The notes under the pieces: model-generated
What the model was told of the DNA's origin: nothing
Database searches by the model: none
Seen by the model: only the letters and a program-made list of their open reading frames with translations
Shown here: one piece after another, positions 19,866 through 35,080 of the stretch
How the letters are laid out: every line of letters begins with the position of its first letter
How positions within the stretch are numbered: the stretch's first letter is position 1
Source of the DNA: an uncultured Bacteroidota bacterium
Lineage (GTDB): Bacteria > Bacteroidota > Bacteroidia > Bacteroidales > Bacteroidaceae
DNA length: 64,000 nucleotides
Assembly (NCBI GenBank): GCA_947168315.1
Contig: CAMVLL010000002.1
Location: forward strand, 2,418-66,417
Reading direction: 5' to 3'
Program-made: the position numbers and the translations under genes

Positions 19866-20885
19866 ATGAAAGAAATAGATTGGAAGAACCTGTCTTTTGG
19901 ATATATAAAGACAGACTACAATGTACGTTGTTATTATCGGGATGGTAAGTGGGGTGCTTTGGAACTTTGTTCAGAAGAGACCATAAACCTCCATATGGCG
20001 GCAGTTTGTTTGCATTATGGTCAGGAGGCTTTCGAAGGATTGAAAGCTTTTCGTGGCAAGGATGGTAAAATACGTATATTCCGTCCGGAAGAAAATGCAG
20101 CACGTTTACAATCAACTTGCCGTGGTATCTTGATGCCAGAGTTGTCAACAGAGAAATTTGTTGAAGCCGTTAAGATGGTTGTAAAGGCTAACGAACGCTT
20201 TATTCCACCTTATGGAACAGGTGCTTCATTGTATATCCGTCCTTTGTTGATTGGTACCAGCGCACAAGTCGGCGTTCATCCATCCGAAGACTATTTGTTC
20301 GTCATATTCGTGACGCCAGTAGGACCTTATTTCAAAGGTGGTTTCGCTACTAATCCGTATGTCATCACCCGTGATTACGACCGTTCTGCTCCTTTGGGAA
20401 CAGGTATCTATAAGGTTGGCGGTAATTATGCTGCCAGTTTGAAGGCTAATAAACTTGCACATGACGCAGGTTATTCTTGTGAATTCTATTTGGATGCAAA
20501 AGAGAAAAAATATATTGATGAGTGTGGCGCAGCCAACTTCTTCGGTATCAAGAACAATACATATGTTACTCCGAAGTCAACATCCATCCTTCCTTCTGTC
20601 ACTAACAAGAGTTTGATGCAATTGGCTGAGGATATGGGCTTGAAGGTAGAACGTCGACAGATACCGGAAGAGGAGTTGGAGACTTTCGAAGAAGCCGGAG
20701 CTTGTGGTACAGCAGCAGTAATTAGTCCGATAGAACGAATTGATGATCCAGAGAAGAATAAGAGTTATGTGTTCTCAAAGGATGGAAAGCCAGGGCCGAT
20801 TTCTACGAAACTGTTTAAGAAACTGCAAGGAATTCAGTTGGGTGACGAACCAGATATACATAATTGGGTGACAATCATCGACTAA
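19866..20885 (+). CDS. ilvE: Branched-chain amino acid aminotransferase
   Basis: LHYGQEAFEGLKA, LYIRP, KVGGNYA, ILPSVT, GTAAVISP; -7 element TAATTTTG at 19829. Confidence 0.96.
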   Translation: MKEIDWKNLSFGYIKTDYNVRCYYRDGKWGALELCSEETINLHMAAVCLHYGQEAFEGLKAFRGKDGKIRIFRPEENAARLQSTCRGILMPELSTEKFVEAVKMVVKANERFIPPYGTGASLYIRPLLIGTSAQVGVHPSEDYLFVIFVTPVGPYFKGGFATNPYVITRDYDRSAPLGTGIYKVGGNYAASLKANKLAHDAGYSCEFYLDAKEKKYIDECGAANFFGIKNNTYVTPKSTSILPSVTNKSLMQLAEDMGLKVERRQIPEEELETFEEAGACGTAAVISPIERIDDPEKNKSYVFSKDGKPGPISTKLFKKLQGIQLGDEPDIHNWVTIID

Positions 20886-20899
20886 TCAATTGATATTTT

Positions 20900-20971
20900 A
20901 AAGTGCGGATTTCACGTAAAACTGTTCTTTCGTTTGAAGAACAGTATAATAAATGTGAAATCCGCACTTTT
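20900..20971 (+). terminator. Long nested stem-loop after ilvE, terminator-like
   Basis: AAAGTGCGGATTTCAC...GTGAAATCCGCACTTT with inner ACTGTTCTT/AAGAACAGT stem, followed by a T run. Confidence 0.75.
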
Positions 20972-21025
20972 CTTATGCCTTTTTCTGGAAATTCATTAAC
21001 TTTACTCCGTTAATGTAGATAAACT

Positions 21026-21784
21026 ATGGGAAAAGGAAAGCTTGCCAAATTCGCAGATATGAAAGAATATCCTCATGTCTTCGAGTTCCCTTATTCTGTA
21101 ATGGATGATTTCACTTTTAATCTGAAAGGTAAATGGAACCAAGATTTCTTTCAGAACGACCATCCTATTGTTTTGGAACTCGGCTGTGGAAGAGGAGAGT
21201 ACACTGTTGGTTTGGCACGTATGTATCCAGACAAAAATTTCATCGGAGTAGACATAAAGGGAGCACGGATGTGGACTGGTGCGACAGAGTCGTTGAAGGA
21301 TGGACTGAAGAATGTAGCCTTTCTTCGTACGAATATTGAAATAATCGACCGTTTCTTTGCCGAGAATGAGGTGAGTGAGATTTGGTTGACATTCCCCGAT
21401 CCACAGATGAAGAAGGTGTCCAAGCGGTTGACTTCCACGTCGTTCATGGAGAAATATCGTCGTTTCCTTGTTCCTGATGGATTAGTTCATTTGAAGACAG
21501 ATAGTAATTTTATGTTCACCTATACACGGTATATGGTAGAGAAGAATCATTTCCCGGTTGAATTTTGTACTGAGGACCTTTATCATGCCGGATGGGTGGA
21601 TGATATTCTAGGTATACAAACCTATTATGAACAACAGTGGTTGGATAGAGGATTGAACATTCGCTATATCAAGTTCCACTTGAAGCGGGATGGAGAACTC
21701 CAAGAGCCTGAAGTGGAGATCCCATTGGACGAATATCGGAGTTATAATCGAAGTAAACGAAGTAGTTTGAATACAAGCAAATAA
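21026..21784 (+). CDS. trmB: tRNA (guanine-N7) methyltransferase
   Basis: [35 protein letters not shown]. Confidence 0.96.
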   Translation: MGKGKLAKFADMKEYPHVFEFPYSVMDDFTFNLKGKWNQDFFQNDHPIVLELGCGRGEYTVGLARMYPDKNFIGVDIKGARMWTGATESLKDGLKNVAFLRTNIEIIDRFFAENEVSEIWLTFPDPQMKKVSKRLTSTSFMEKYRRFLVPDGLVHLKTDSNFMFTYTRYMVEKNHFPVEFCTEDLYHAGWVDDILGIQTYYEQQWLDRGLNIRYIKFHLKRDGELQEPEVEIPLDEYRSYNRSKRSSLNTSK

Positions 21785-21799
21785 TAAAGTTAATCAGAT

Positions 21800-23491
21800 A
21801 TGAAAAGAAATCTATTATTGGCGTTATTGATTTTGCCATTGTGCGTATTTGCACAAAATGAAATGAATGTGAATGTGGATTCCATTGGCACACTCTCAAA
21901 ACATCTGCCGGATAGTATCAAATATAAGATCTCGTCCTTGACGATTTCGGGATCCTTGAACGGTGCTGATTTCGCATTGATTAAGGATATCGCAGGACGG
22001 ACGAAGGTTAAGGACAATACAGATGTTCTGCTCAAGAAGCTTGATCTTTCGGATGTTATTATTGTTGAGAGTAAGGAAGGCTTGAAGACAAAGGAAAATG
22101 TAGTACCTGACAGATTGTTTGCTGGTGCAAAATTTTTAGAATACGTTGCATTGCCGGCTTCAGCAACAACCATTGGTAGAGCCACCTTTGATGGTTGCAA
22201 GGAACTGAAGACAGTCGTATTACCGGATGATTTGCGTGAGATTCAAGCTTCTGCATTCAATGGATGTGAGAAACTTGCCGAGATAGAGTTGCCGGTATCA
22301 CTGATTACGATTGAAGACCATGTGTTTACCGGTTGTGCATCGTTGGAGAACGTTGTTATTCCAAATGAAGTGACGAGAGTTGGAGCCAGTGCCTTTGAGA
22401 ACTGTAAGCATCTGACAAGCATCGATATCCAAGGTCCGATAGCTACGCTTGAGAATTCTACATTCAAGGGCTGCGAGATGTTGAAAGAAGTGTCACTGCC
22501 AACAGCTGTGATGATAATGGGTTCCGATGTTTTCAGAGGTTGTAAGACATTGGAGACCTTGAACATTCCGGAATCGGTTACAGAGATCGGTTCTCATGCG
22601 TTCGATGCTTGTACAAACTTGAAGTCGATCGAAATTCCTGCTTCTGTAACCAAGTTAGGTGCTCAGATGTTTGTCGATTGTGCTAATCTGGCAACTGTCA
22701 ATATTGAAGGAAATGTTGCTGAGTTGGGCAATTCCTTCTTCCGTAACTGTACGAGTCTTATGGATGTTCGTTTGCCAAGGACTATGAAAACCATCAATAG
22801 TCATGCTTTCGATGCTTGCAAGAACCTCCGTACCTTTGAGCTTCCTGCCTTACTGGAGAAGATTGAAAGCAGTGCTTTCGAGAATTGTAGCAGTCTGACT
22901 GTCTTGGATTTCCCACAGACGTTGGAGAAGATTCAGAACGAAGCCTTCAAGAATTGTGGCAGTTTGATTGCTGTTGAACTCCCAATCTCGTTAAAAACGC
23001 TTGGATCACATGCTTTTGAAAAATGTACGACCCTTCAATCAGTGAAGATCAACGGCTTTATCAAGAAATTGGAAGATGATACTTTTGCTGAGTGTGTAAG
23101 TTTGGTCGATGTTGCTCTGCCTACTACCCTTGAGTCGATTGGTGATGACGCATTCTCCGGATGTAAAGCTTTGATTTCTTTCGTTTGTCCTCAGACTGTT
23201 TCATCTATCGGTAGTTCTGCATTTAAGGAATGTTCTTCATTACAATCAATAGAACTGTCCACTTCCATGAAGAAGATTGGAAAGAGTGCTTTCTCGAAGT
23301 GCGTCTCACTGAATGCTATTCGTATACATGCCGTTATTCCACCGCAATGCGGTGGTGATAACACCTTTAAGGACGTTCCTGTCGGAGTTTGCCGACTCAC
23401 GGTTCCACAAGGATGTAAGATCGCTTATAACAATGCGAAGGTATGGAAATCATTCTATCAAGTAGTAGAAGCAGGTTTTACAAAAAGATAA
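21800..23491 (+). CDS. BspA/TpLRR-type leucine-rich repeat protein
   Basis: Signal peptide, many 23-aa repeats of the type LPxxxxxIxxxAFxxCxxL. Confidence 0.93.
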   Translation: MKRNLLLALLILPLCVFAQNEMNVNVDSIGTLSKHLPDSIKYKISSLTISGSLNGADFALIKDIAGRTKVKDNTDVLLKKLDLSDVIIVESKEGLKTKENVVPDRLFAGAKFLEYVALPASATTIGRATFDGCKELKTVVLPDDLREIQASAFNGCEKLAEIELPVSLITIEDHVFTGCASLENVVIPNEVTRVGASAFENCKHLTSIDIQGPIATLENSTFKGCEMLKEVSLPTAVMIMGSDVFRGCKTLETLNIPESVTEIGSHAFDACTNLKSIEIPASVTKLGAQMFVDCANLATVNIEGNVAELGNSFFRNCTSLMDVRLPRTMKTINSHAFDACKNLRTFELPALLEKIESSAFENCSSLTVLDFPQTLEKIQNEAFKNCGSLIAVELPISLKTLGSHAFEKCTTLQSVKINGFIKKLEDDTFAECVSLVDVALPTTLESIGDDAFSGCKALISFVCPQTVSSIGSSAFKECSSLQSIELSTSMKKIGKSAFSKCVSLNAIRIHAVIPPQCGGDNTFKDVPVGVCRLTVPQGCKIAYNNAKVWKSFYQVVEAGFTKR

Positions 23492-23506
23492 TATAAGGTA
23501 ATTGTG

Positions 23507-28166
<4,660 letters not shown>

Positions 28167-28177
28167 TACCATTTAGA

Positions 28178-30172
28178 ATGAATGTTATGAAAAAAGCAAA
28201 AGTATTTTTCGTAATGCTGTTCTTTATAGTGACAGCATCGATAGGTGCCAATGTACCATTGATTGGTGGTCAGGTAATCATAGAACCGGGTCAGTCGGAT
28301 GCTCAGATTGAACATTGGTTTAAGATTATGCACGACAATGGGATGAATGTTACTCGAATAAGAATGTTTGAAGAGTACATGCATGTAGGTGACCAATGGG
28401 ATTTTACCTTGTTTGATAAAGCATTCAAGGCGGCAGAGAAATATAACATTAAGGTATTTGCAACCCTTTTTCCATCTACACCGAACAACTCTATTGGAGG
28501 ATTCAAGTTTCCGTTGGATGATGCTCATGAACGTCAAGTAGCAGTATATATTGAAAAGACGGTCAATCATTATAAGAACTTCAAATGTCTGTTAGGTTGG
28601 GTTTTGATGAATGAACCAGGTATGGGTGGCGAATTGCCTAAAACAGACTATACAAAGCGTAAGTTCAATGAATGGAAACAGCAACAGACGGAGCCGGCTT
28701 ATCAGAGTAAGGGCTACACCAAGTTGGTCAACTTTGATGAGGAAAGATTCCTCGTTGACTATACAACATGGTACCTGGGATGGCTTGCCAATGAAATCAA
28801 GAAGTATGACAACAATCACGAAATGCATGTGAACAATCATCAGATCTATGATAATGTTGCTGAATATGATTTCCCTGCTTGGAGGCCCTATCTGACTTCT
28901 TTGGGAGCATCTGCTCATGCAAGTTGGCATTTCCGTTATTTCCAACGCAAACAGTATCCGATGGCTATGCTTGCTAACTGTAGTATTATCCGTTCTGGTG
29001 CTGGGGAACTGCCATTCTGGATTACAGAACTTCAGGGAGGGAACAATACGTATTCCGGTTACCAACCTTTCTGCCCGACAGCCGAAGAGATTACTCAGTG
29101 GATGTGGAGCAGTATCGTTTCTGGTGCACAAGGAATTATCTTTTGGAGTCTGAATCCTCGCTCCATTGGCGAAGAATCAGGCGAATGGGCTTTGCTTAAT
29201 TTCCAGAATCAACCTTCCGACCGCTTCGAAGCAGCTTCAAAGATAGCTTTGTTCATGAACAAGAATAAAAAGATTTTCGAAGATATCAGGCCTTTTGAAC
29301 CTGAGGTTGACATCCTTTACATTCGAGAATCTTTATGGACAGAGCGTAAGATTCAATACGGAGACTTGGACGACGACAAGTATGAAGGAAGACATAAAGG
29401 TGGTGTGATGAAATCAGTATTGGCTTTCTATGAGATGCTACTCGAGAATGGTGTTAATGCCTCTATTGCTGAAATCAATGAATACGATTGGAATAAAAAG
29501 GATTACAAAGGAAAGACTATTATCATTCCAAATCAAATCACCCTTCCTTCCACTCAGTGGGAACGTCTTCGTCAATTTGTAAAGAAAGGTGGTAAGTTGA
29601 TTGTCGAGGGCTTGACTTCTTTCTACGATGAGAACATGCTTTGCCTATTCCAAACAGGTTTCCCATTGGAAGATGTGTTTGGTGGTAGCTTGCAAGAAAC
29701 GAAATGTGAGCCAGGTAATTTTATCATGCAATTCGGATCGGAGAAAGTAACTACCCATCTTTGGAAGGGATATATCTATAATTTGAAAGGTAAGGTATTG
29801 GCAAACGAAGGCAATAAGATTATAGCTACTCGCCATCAGTTTGGAAATGGAGAAGTGGTATGGATACCTTCACTTATTGGCTTAGGTGGCCGTCGTGTTG
29901 GTGATTACAATCCGTTATCAAATATCATCTTGAAGGAGATTTCGAAGATTTCTAATCAGCGGTTTAGAAAATGCTATGCTGATATTTATATGCAGTCGTT
30001 CAGGAGTGGAAAGAATGAATACGCATTGGTTATCAATAAAAGTGGAAGACAACAAAACGTTGAGTTGAACGCGCCCGCTTCAAAGTTGATTTATTCAGAT
30101 AAGAATGGACGATTCTCAAGGAGTTTATTGACGCTTCATCCTGAAGAATGTATGATCATCCAATGGAAGTAA
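28178..30172 (+). CDS. Clan GH-A glycosidase with trimerisation domain (GH42/GH164-like, possibly beta-mannosidase)
   Basis: Signal peptide, MNEP acid/base (E146), WITELQGG nucleophile (E284), FVKKGGKL trimerisation domain. Confidence 0.78.
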   Translation: MNVMKKAKVFFVMLFFIVTASIGANVPLIGGQVIIEPGQSDAQIEHWFKIMHDNGMNVTRIRMFEEYMHVGDQWDFTLFDKAFKAAEKYNIKVFATLFPSTPNNSIGGFKFPLDDAHERQVAVYIEKTVNHYKNFKCLLGWVLMNEPGMGGELPKTDYTKRKFNEWKQQQTEPAYQSKGYTKLVNFDEERFLVDYTTWYLGWLANEIKKYDNNHEMHVNNHQIYDNVAEYDFPAWRPYLTSLGASAHASWHFRYFQRKQYPMAMLANCSIIRSGAGELPFWITELQGGNNTYSGYQPFCPTAEEITQWMWSSIVSGAQGIIFWSLNPRSIGEESGEWALLNFQNQPSDRFEAASKIALFMNKNKKIFEDIRPFEPEVDILYIRESLWTERKIQYGDLDDDKYEGRHKGGVMKSVLAFYEMLLENGVNASIAEINEYDWNKKDYKGKTIIIPNQITLPSTQWERLRQFVKKGGKLIVEGLTSFYDENMLCLFQTGFPLEDVFGGSLQETKCEPGNFIMQFGSEKVTTHLWKGYIYNLKGKVLANEGNKIIATRHQFGNGEVVWIPSLIGLGGRRVGDYNPLSNIILKEISKISNQRFRKCYADIYMQSFRSGKNEYALVINKSGRQQNVELNAPASKLIYSDKNGRFSRSLLTLHPEECMIIQWK

Positions 30173-30192
30173 ACATAAAATTGTGATAATAT

Positions 30193-30223
30193 AAAAAGGA
30201 CGTGTTCAATACACGTCCTTTTT
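30193..30223. terminator. Bidirectional terminator
   Basis: AAAAAGGACGTGT-TCAAT-ACACGTCCTTTTT. Confidence 0.9.
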
Positions 30224-32081
30224 ATTTCCCATATAATTTATTGATTAAATCACTTCTACCTATTCGTTTGAGCTCTTGAATGATTGCTCGTCGTTCTTCG
30301 GGCTTATACCAGAAAAAGAACATTCGTTGAGCCAATTTTTCTTTCGGAGAACGTGCGGAGAATATTCGTTCTAAGGTATAAGGATGGAATCCAGTGTACC
30401 ATGCTTCGGTAGCAACGGTCATTGGAGTGGGGGTGAAATCCTGAACTTGTTCCAGATGAAAATCCAGGTTCTTGGTAATCACAGCAAGTTCTGCCATATC
30501 TTCTTCGGTACATCCTGGATGACTACTGATAAAATATGGGATTAACTGTTGGTTCAGATGATGTTCCTGATTGATGCGGTCGAAAGTACGTTTGAACTGA
30601 TAGAACTGACTGAACGACGGCTTTCGCATAATATATAAAACCTTGTCGCTGGTATGCTCAGGAGCAACTTTTAATCGTCCACTAACATGATTAACTATAA
30701 GTTCTTTCGCATATTGTGCGTTAGCCTTGTTGATTTCAGGATCTTTTGAAACATGTTGGATAAGGTCGTATCGAACACCACTTCCAATAAACGATTTCTT
30801 AATACCTGGTAGTGCATCTACCGCATGGTAGATATCAAGAATAGGACGATGATCCGTGTTTAGGTTCGGACAGACTTCGGGATGAATACAGGAAGGACGC
30901 TTACATTTCTGGCATGCTTTGATGTTGCGTCCGTGCATACCATACATATTTGCACTCGGACCTCCCAAATCACTAATGTAACCTTTGAAATCAGGCATGT
31001 CAATAATCTGCTTTACTTCTTTCAATATACTTTCTTTACTACGACTGACAATAAATTTCCCCTGATGAGCCGAGATAGTACAGAATGCACATCCACCGAA
31101 ACATCCTCGGTGCATATTGACGGAGAATTTAATCATATCGTATGCAGGAATGCGTTTCCCTTTATATTTAGGGTGGGGCATACGCGTATAAGGAAGGTCA
31201 AACGACGTATCCAATTCACCCTGTGACATTGGTGGATAAGGAGGATTTACGACAACGGTTTTATTATCCACATCTTCTAATATACGTGAAGCCGTATATT
31301 TGTTCGATTCCTCTTCGATGATGCGGAAGTTCTCTGCTTCATAACGTTTGTTTTTCAAACAAGCCTCATGTGAATGTAGTACGATATCAGTAGGATGATC
31401 GGGGAGAGGAGCAAGGGGAGTACCTTTCTCAATCAAATAGACGGTTTGTAAGATGTCGTGAGGAACGGTCGTTGGATCAGCTTTCAGACGATTCGCCAGT
31501 TCTGTCATCGGCTTTTCCCCCATTCCATAAATCAGAAGATCTGCACCTGAGTCGATAAGAATTGGCTTCTTGACAGTATCTTGCCAATAATCGTAATGTG
31601 TTAGTCTACGCAATGAGCCCTCTATGCCACCTAAAATGACAGGTACGTCGGGAAATAGTTTCTTGAGTATTTTTGAATATACAATGCTTGGATACTCGGG
31701 ACGCAAGTCATGGCGACCGTCAGGTGTATAAGCATCCTCTTTTCGAAGTCTTTTATTTGCCGTATATTTGTTGACCATGCTGTCCATACACCCAGGCGAC
31801 ACACCAAAAAACAAACGAGGACGACCTAGCTTCTTGAAATCACGTAAGTCGTCCCGCCAATTTGGCTGAGGTACAATGGCAACCTTAAGTCCCTGTGCCT
31901 CCAATAGTCGTCCAATCACAGCAGCCCCAAAAGAAGGGTGGTCAACGTATGCATCTCCACTGAAGAGTATAACATCCAGTTCGTCCCATCCTCTCAGTTC
32001 CACTTCCTTTTTGGTCGTGGGCAGCCAGTCGGTCAGTTTATATTCCTTCAAATCTCTTTTATAGTTCTGTTGTTGGAGCAT
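30222..32081 (-). CDS. ygiQ: YgiQ family radical SAM protein
   Basis: GDAYVDHPSFG, HRGCFGGCAFC, DLGGPSAN, LKVAPEH, QVQDFTPTP. Confidence 0.95.
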   Translation of the reverse strand: MLQQQNYKRDLKEYKLTDWLPTTKKEVELRGWDELDVILFSGDAYVDHPSFGAAVIGRLLEAQGLKVAIVPQPNWRDDLRDFKKLGRPRLFFGVSPGCMDSMVNKYTANKRLRKEDAYTPDGRHDLRPEYPSIVYSKILKKLFPDVPVILGGIEGSLRRLTHYDYWQDTVKKPILIDSGADLLIYGMGEKPMTELANRLKADPTTVPHDILQTVYLIEKGTPLAPLPDHPTDIVLHSHEACLKNKRYEAENFRIIEEESNKYTASRILEDVDNKTVVVNPPYPPMSQGELDTSFDLPYTRMPHPKYKGKRIPAYDMIKFSVNMHRGCFGGCAFCTISAHQGKFIVSRSKESILKEVKQIIDMPDFKGYISDLGGPSANMYGMHGRNIKACQKCKRPSCIHPEVCPNLNTDHRPILDIYHAVDALPGIKKSFIGSGVRYDLIQHVSKDPEINKANAQYAKELIVNHVSGRLKVAPEHTSDKVLYIMRKPSFSQFYQFKRTFDRINQEHHLNQQLIPYFISSHPGCTEEDMAELAVITKNLDFHLEQVQDFTPTPMTVATEAWYTGFHPYTLERIFSARSPKEKLAQRMFFFWYKPEERRAIIQELKRIGRSDLINKLYGK

Positions 32082-32382
32082 CAGATTTAGGCTGATTCTT
32101 CCAATCAGAGTATAGTTTAACTAGATTTTTCAGTCCTAATGCTTTCATGTTATCATGATAAATAACGTTGATGCACAAGTCCAGTAAATCTTTACAGTTT
32201 CCTTCAATGCCTACGATTAAAGATCGAATATTCAGTTTTAGTTTCTCCAAAACCGATTCATCGATGATGCCGTTGCTGTCAACGAGTTGTTCGAACAATG
32301 CATACTTTTCAATTGTCTGTAGGTTCTCTTCGGTAATCGTTATCGTTCTTGTTCCCGAAGCATTTGTTTGTATGGAATACAT
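32059..32382 (-). CDS. Conserved hypothetical Bacteroidales protein
   Basis: In operon between the acyltransferase and ygiQ; start MYSIQTN avoids overlap with the upstream gene. Confidence 0.7.
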   Translation of the reverse strand: MYSIQTNASGTRTITITEENLQTIEKYALFEQLVDSNGIIDESVLEKLKLNIRSLIVGIEGNCKDLLDLCINVIYHDNMKALGLKNLVKLYSDWKNQPKSDAPTTEL

Positions 32383-32393
32383 AATAATTTGAT

Positions 32394-32939
32394 TTATTCG
32401 ATAGCAAAATTTTGGGGATATTTCCCTGTCCAACCCTTAAAGTAATCCTTTATTATCATCATGTCTTTTTCCAGATCTTCACATGGCTGAATAATCTTCT
32501 CAGCTATAACCGTCTTAAGTTTATAGTCTATAGCGATAAGTACGATAGGAACGTTAGCTCCTAGTGCGATATAGTAAAATCCCTTTTTCCATGTTGGATT
32601 CGCCTTCCGTGTACCTTCTGGTGTAATTCCCAAATGAAAGACTTGTCGTTTCTTAAACATCTCAATCATTTGTTCTACCGTAGAGGTCTTATGTGAACGA
32701 TCGATAGGAATTCCTCCCATTCCTCTTAAGATAGGTCCCAGTGGCCAAAAGAACCAATCTTTCTTCATCATGAAATGTGCTTTCCAGCCATATTGATGAA
32801 TAAAGAGTTCGCCTATGGCAAAGTCCCAATTGGATGTATGCGGAGCAATACAAATTACACATTTATCAGGTAAGTTAATGGTAATTTTTTCTTTCCAACC
32901 AAGGACCTGATGGTAGATAAACTGGAAGATTTTCCTCAT
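32394..32939 (-). CDS. PlsC-like acyltransferase
   Basis: HTSNWD (HxxxxD), GIPIDR, PEGTR. Confidence 0.9.
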   Translation of the reverse strand: MRKIFQFIYHQVLGWKEKITINLPDKCVICIAPHTSNWDFAIGELFIHQYGWKAHFMMKKDWFFWPLGPILRGMGGIPIDRSHKTSTVEQMIEMFKKRQVFHLGITPEGTRKANPTWKKGFYYIALGANVPIVLIAIDYKLKTVIAEKIIQPCEDLEKDMMIIKDYFKGWTGKYPQNFAIE

Positions 32940-33193
32940 TCTTTATCCTTATTGGAAGCCTTTTCTAGTTCGTTCGCAACAATCTCGATTTCTTTCTTCA
33001 AATCAGTCTCGATTTGTTTATAAAATCCTTTAACATTACCCGGCTCTGTATGACTGATACGTGGAATAAGGTTCAACACACGTTGGATAGCTTCAATGAT
33101 TACTTCGCGATTAACACCTTCTACCAAACTTGCTACGAAAAGATCACCTGCAATGTAAGAGATGCTTTTCTTCAGATTTTTTCTACTTGCCAT
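32936..33193 (-). CDS. Small conserved hypothetical protein
   Basis: 85 aa, first gene of operon, 4-bp overlap with the next gene. Confidence 0.75.
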   Translation of the reverse strand: MASRKNLKKSISYIAGDLFVASLVEGVNREVIIEAIQRVLNLIPRISHTEPGNVKGFYKQIETDLKKEIEIVANELEKASNKDKE

Positions 33194-33338
33194 AATTTAT
33201 GTTTTAAGCGTTTATCCAATAAATTGCTGTAAAGATAGTGCTTTTTTCTTAGTCTCGTTTTTATATTTCCGAAAAAAAAGCGAAATTTGCATTGCTTATA
33301 ATAAAAGAAAGATTTTTGTTTTAAAATAGGAAAGAAAT

Positions 33339-34985
33339 ATGACAACTAAAAGTGCATTACACATTGCAAGAGCAAGTTACCAACCAAAGCTTCCAAAAGC
33401 TTTATTAGGTTCGGTAAAAGTGAAAGAAGGAGAAGCTACAAAGTCTGTTGCTGATCAGGAAGAAATCAAGGCTTTATTCCCGAATACTTACGGTATGCCA
33501 TTGATTCAACTGGTTGAGGGTGAGAAGAAAGAGTATCCTGCTTTTAATGTTGGCGTTATCCTTTCAGGTGGACAGGCTCCTGGTGGACATAATGTCATTT
33601 CAGGTATCTTTGATGGTATTAAGAAGCTCAATAAGGACAGCAAGCTTTATGGATTCTTGATGGGACCGAGCGGATTGATTGACCATCATTATATGGAATT
33701 GACAGCTGAGTTGATCGATGATTATCGTAATACCGGTGGTTTTGATATGATTGGTTCTGGACGTACTAAGCTGGAGACAGAGGAACAATTCGAGAAAGGT
33801 TTGCAGATTATCCGTGAATTAAATATCAAGGCTATTGTTATTATTGGTGGTGATGACTCAAATACAAACGCATGTGTATTGGCTGAGTATTATGCAGCTA
33901 AGAAATATGGTGTTCAAGTAGTTGGTTGTCCGAAAACCATTGACGGTGACTTGAAGAACAACATGATTGAGACTTCATTTGGTTTCGATACTGCAACCAA
34001 GACTTATTCTGAGGTTATTGGTAACATTGAACGTGACTGTAATTCAGCTCGTAAATACTGGCACTTCATCAAGGTGATGGGTCGTTCTGCTTCTCATATC
34101 GCTTTGGAGTGTGCTTTACAAGTTCAACCAAATGTTTGTTTGATCTCTGAAGAAATTCAAGAAAAGAACATGACCTTGGATGATGTTGTAACTTATATCG
34201 CAAAGATTGTTGCTGCACGTGCTGCTGAAGGAAATAACTTTGGTACAGTGTTGATTCCAGAAGGTTTGATCGAGTTTATTCCTGCTGTAAAACGTCTTAT
34301 CAGTGAGTTGAATGATTTCTTGGCTAAGAATGGCGAGGAGTTTGCTTCAATTGAGCGTAACAAACAACGTGAATACATTATCTCTAAGTTGTCTAAGGAA
34401 AATGCTGAAATCTATGCTTCTCTTCCTGAAGAAGTTGCTCGTCAGCTCTCATTGGATCGTGATCCTCATGGAAATGTACAGGTTTCTTTGATTGAGACGG
34501 AGAAATTATTAAGCAATATGGTGGCTACAAAGTTGGCTGCATGGAAGAAGGAAGGTAAATATGTTGGTAAGTTTGCTGCTCAACATCATTTCTTCGGTTA
34601 TGAAGGTCGTTGCGCTGCTCCTTCTAACTTTGATGCTGATTATTGCTATGCATTAGGTTATACAGCTGCTCAACTGATTGCCGAAGGCAAGACTGGTTAT
34701 ATGGCTTCTGTTCGTAATCTGACAGCACCTGCTGCTGAATGGGTTGCCGGTGGTATTCCTATTACAGCCATGATGAACATGGAACGTCGTAATGGTAAGA
34801 TGAAACCTGTTATTCAGAAGGCATTGGTAGAGTTGGATGGTGCTCCTTTCAAAGCTTTTGCAGCACAAAGAGAAGCCTGGGCAAAGGAAACAGCATATAT
34901 TTATCCTGGTCCAATCCAATATTTTGGTCCGTCAGAAGTATGTGATCAGCCGACCAAAACCTTACAATACGAACAGGCTAAGTAA
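33339..34985 (+). CDS. pfp: Pyrophosphate-dependent phosphofructokinase
   Basis: [34 protein letters not shown]. Confidence 0.96.
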   Translation: MTTKSALHIARASYQPKLPKALLGSVKVKEGEATKSVADQEEIKALFPNTYGMPLIQLVEGEKKEYPAFNVGVILSGGQAPGGHNVISGIFDGIKKLNKDSKLYGFLMGPSGLIDHHYMELTAELIDDYRNTGGFDMIGSGRTKLETEEQFEKGLQIIRELNIKAIVIIGGDDSNTNACVLAEYYAAKKYGVQVVGCPKTIDGDLKNNMIETSFGFDTATKTYSEVIGNIERDCNSARKYWHFIKVMGRSASHIALECALQVQPNVCLISEEIQEKNMTLDDVVTYIAKIVAARAAEGNNFGTVLIPEGLIEFIPAVKRLISELNDFLAKNGEEFASIERNKQREYIISKLSKENAEIYASLPEEVARQLSLDRDPHGNVQVSLIETEKLLSNMVATKLAAWKKEGKYVGKFAAQHHFFGYEGRCAAPSNFDADYCYALGYTAAQLIAEGKTGYMASVRNLTAPAAEWVAGGIPITAMMNMERRNGKMKPVIQKALVELDGAPFKAFAAQREAWAKETAYIYPGPIQYFGPSEVCDQPTKTLQYEQAK

Positions 34986-35015
34986 GTCGGTTATCATTTT
35001 GAATGATTATAATAA

Positions 35016-35061
35016 AAAGGTACGTCATTCACTTTGTCTAGAAATGAATAGACGTACCTTT
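35016..35061 (+). terminator. Terminator after pfp
   Basis: AAAGGTACGTC-ATTCA...TGAAT-A-GACGTACCTTT. Confidence 0.75.
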
Positions 35062-35080
35062 CTCTTTTATAAAAAACGAA

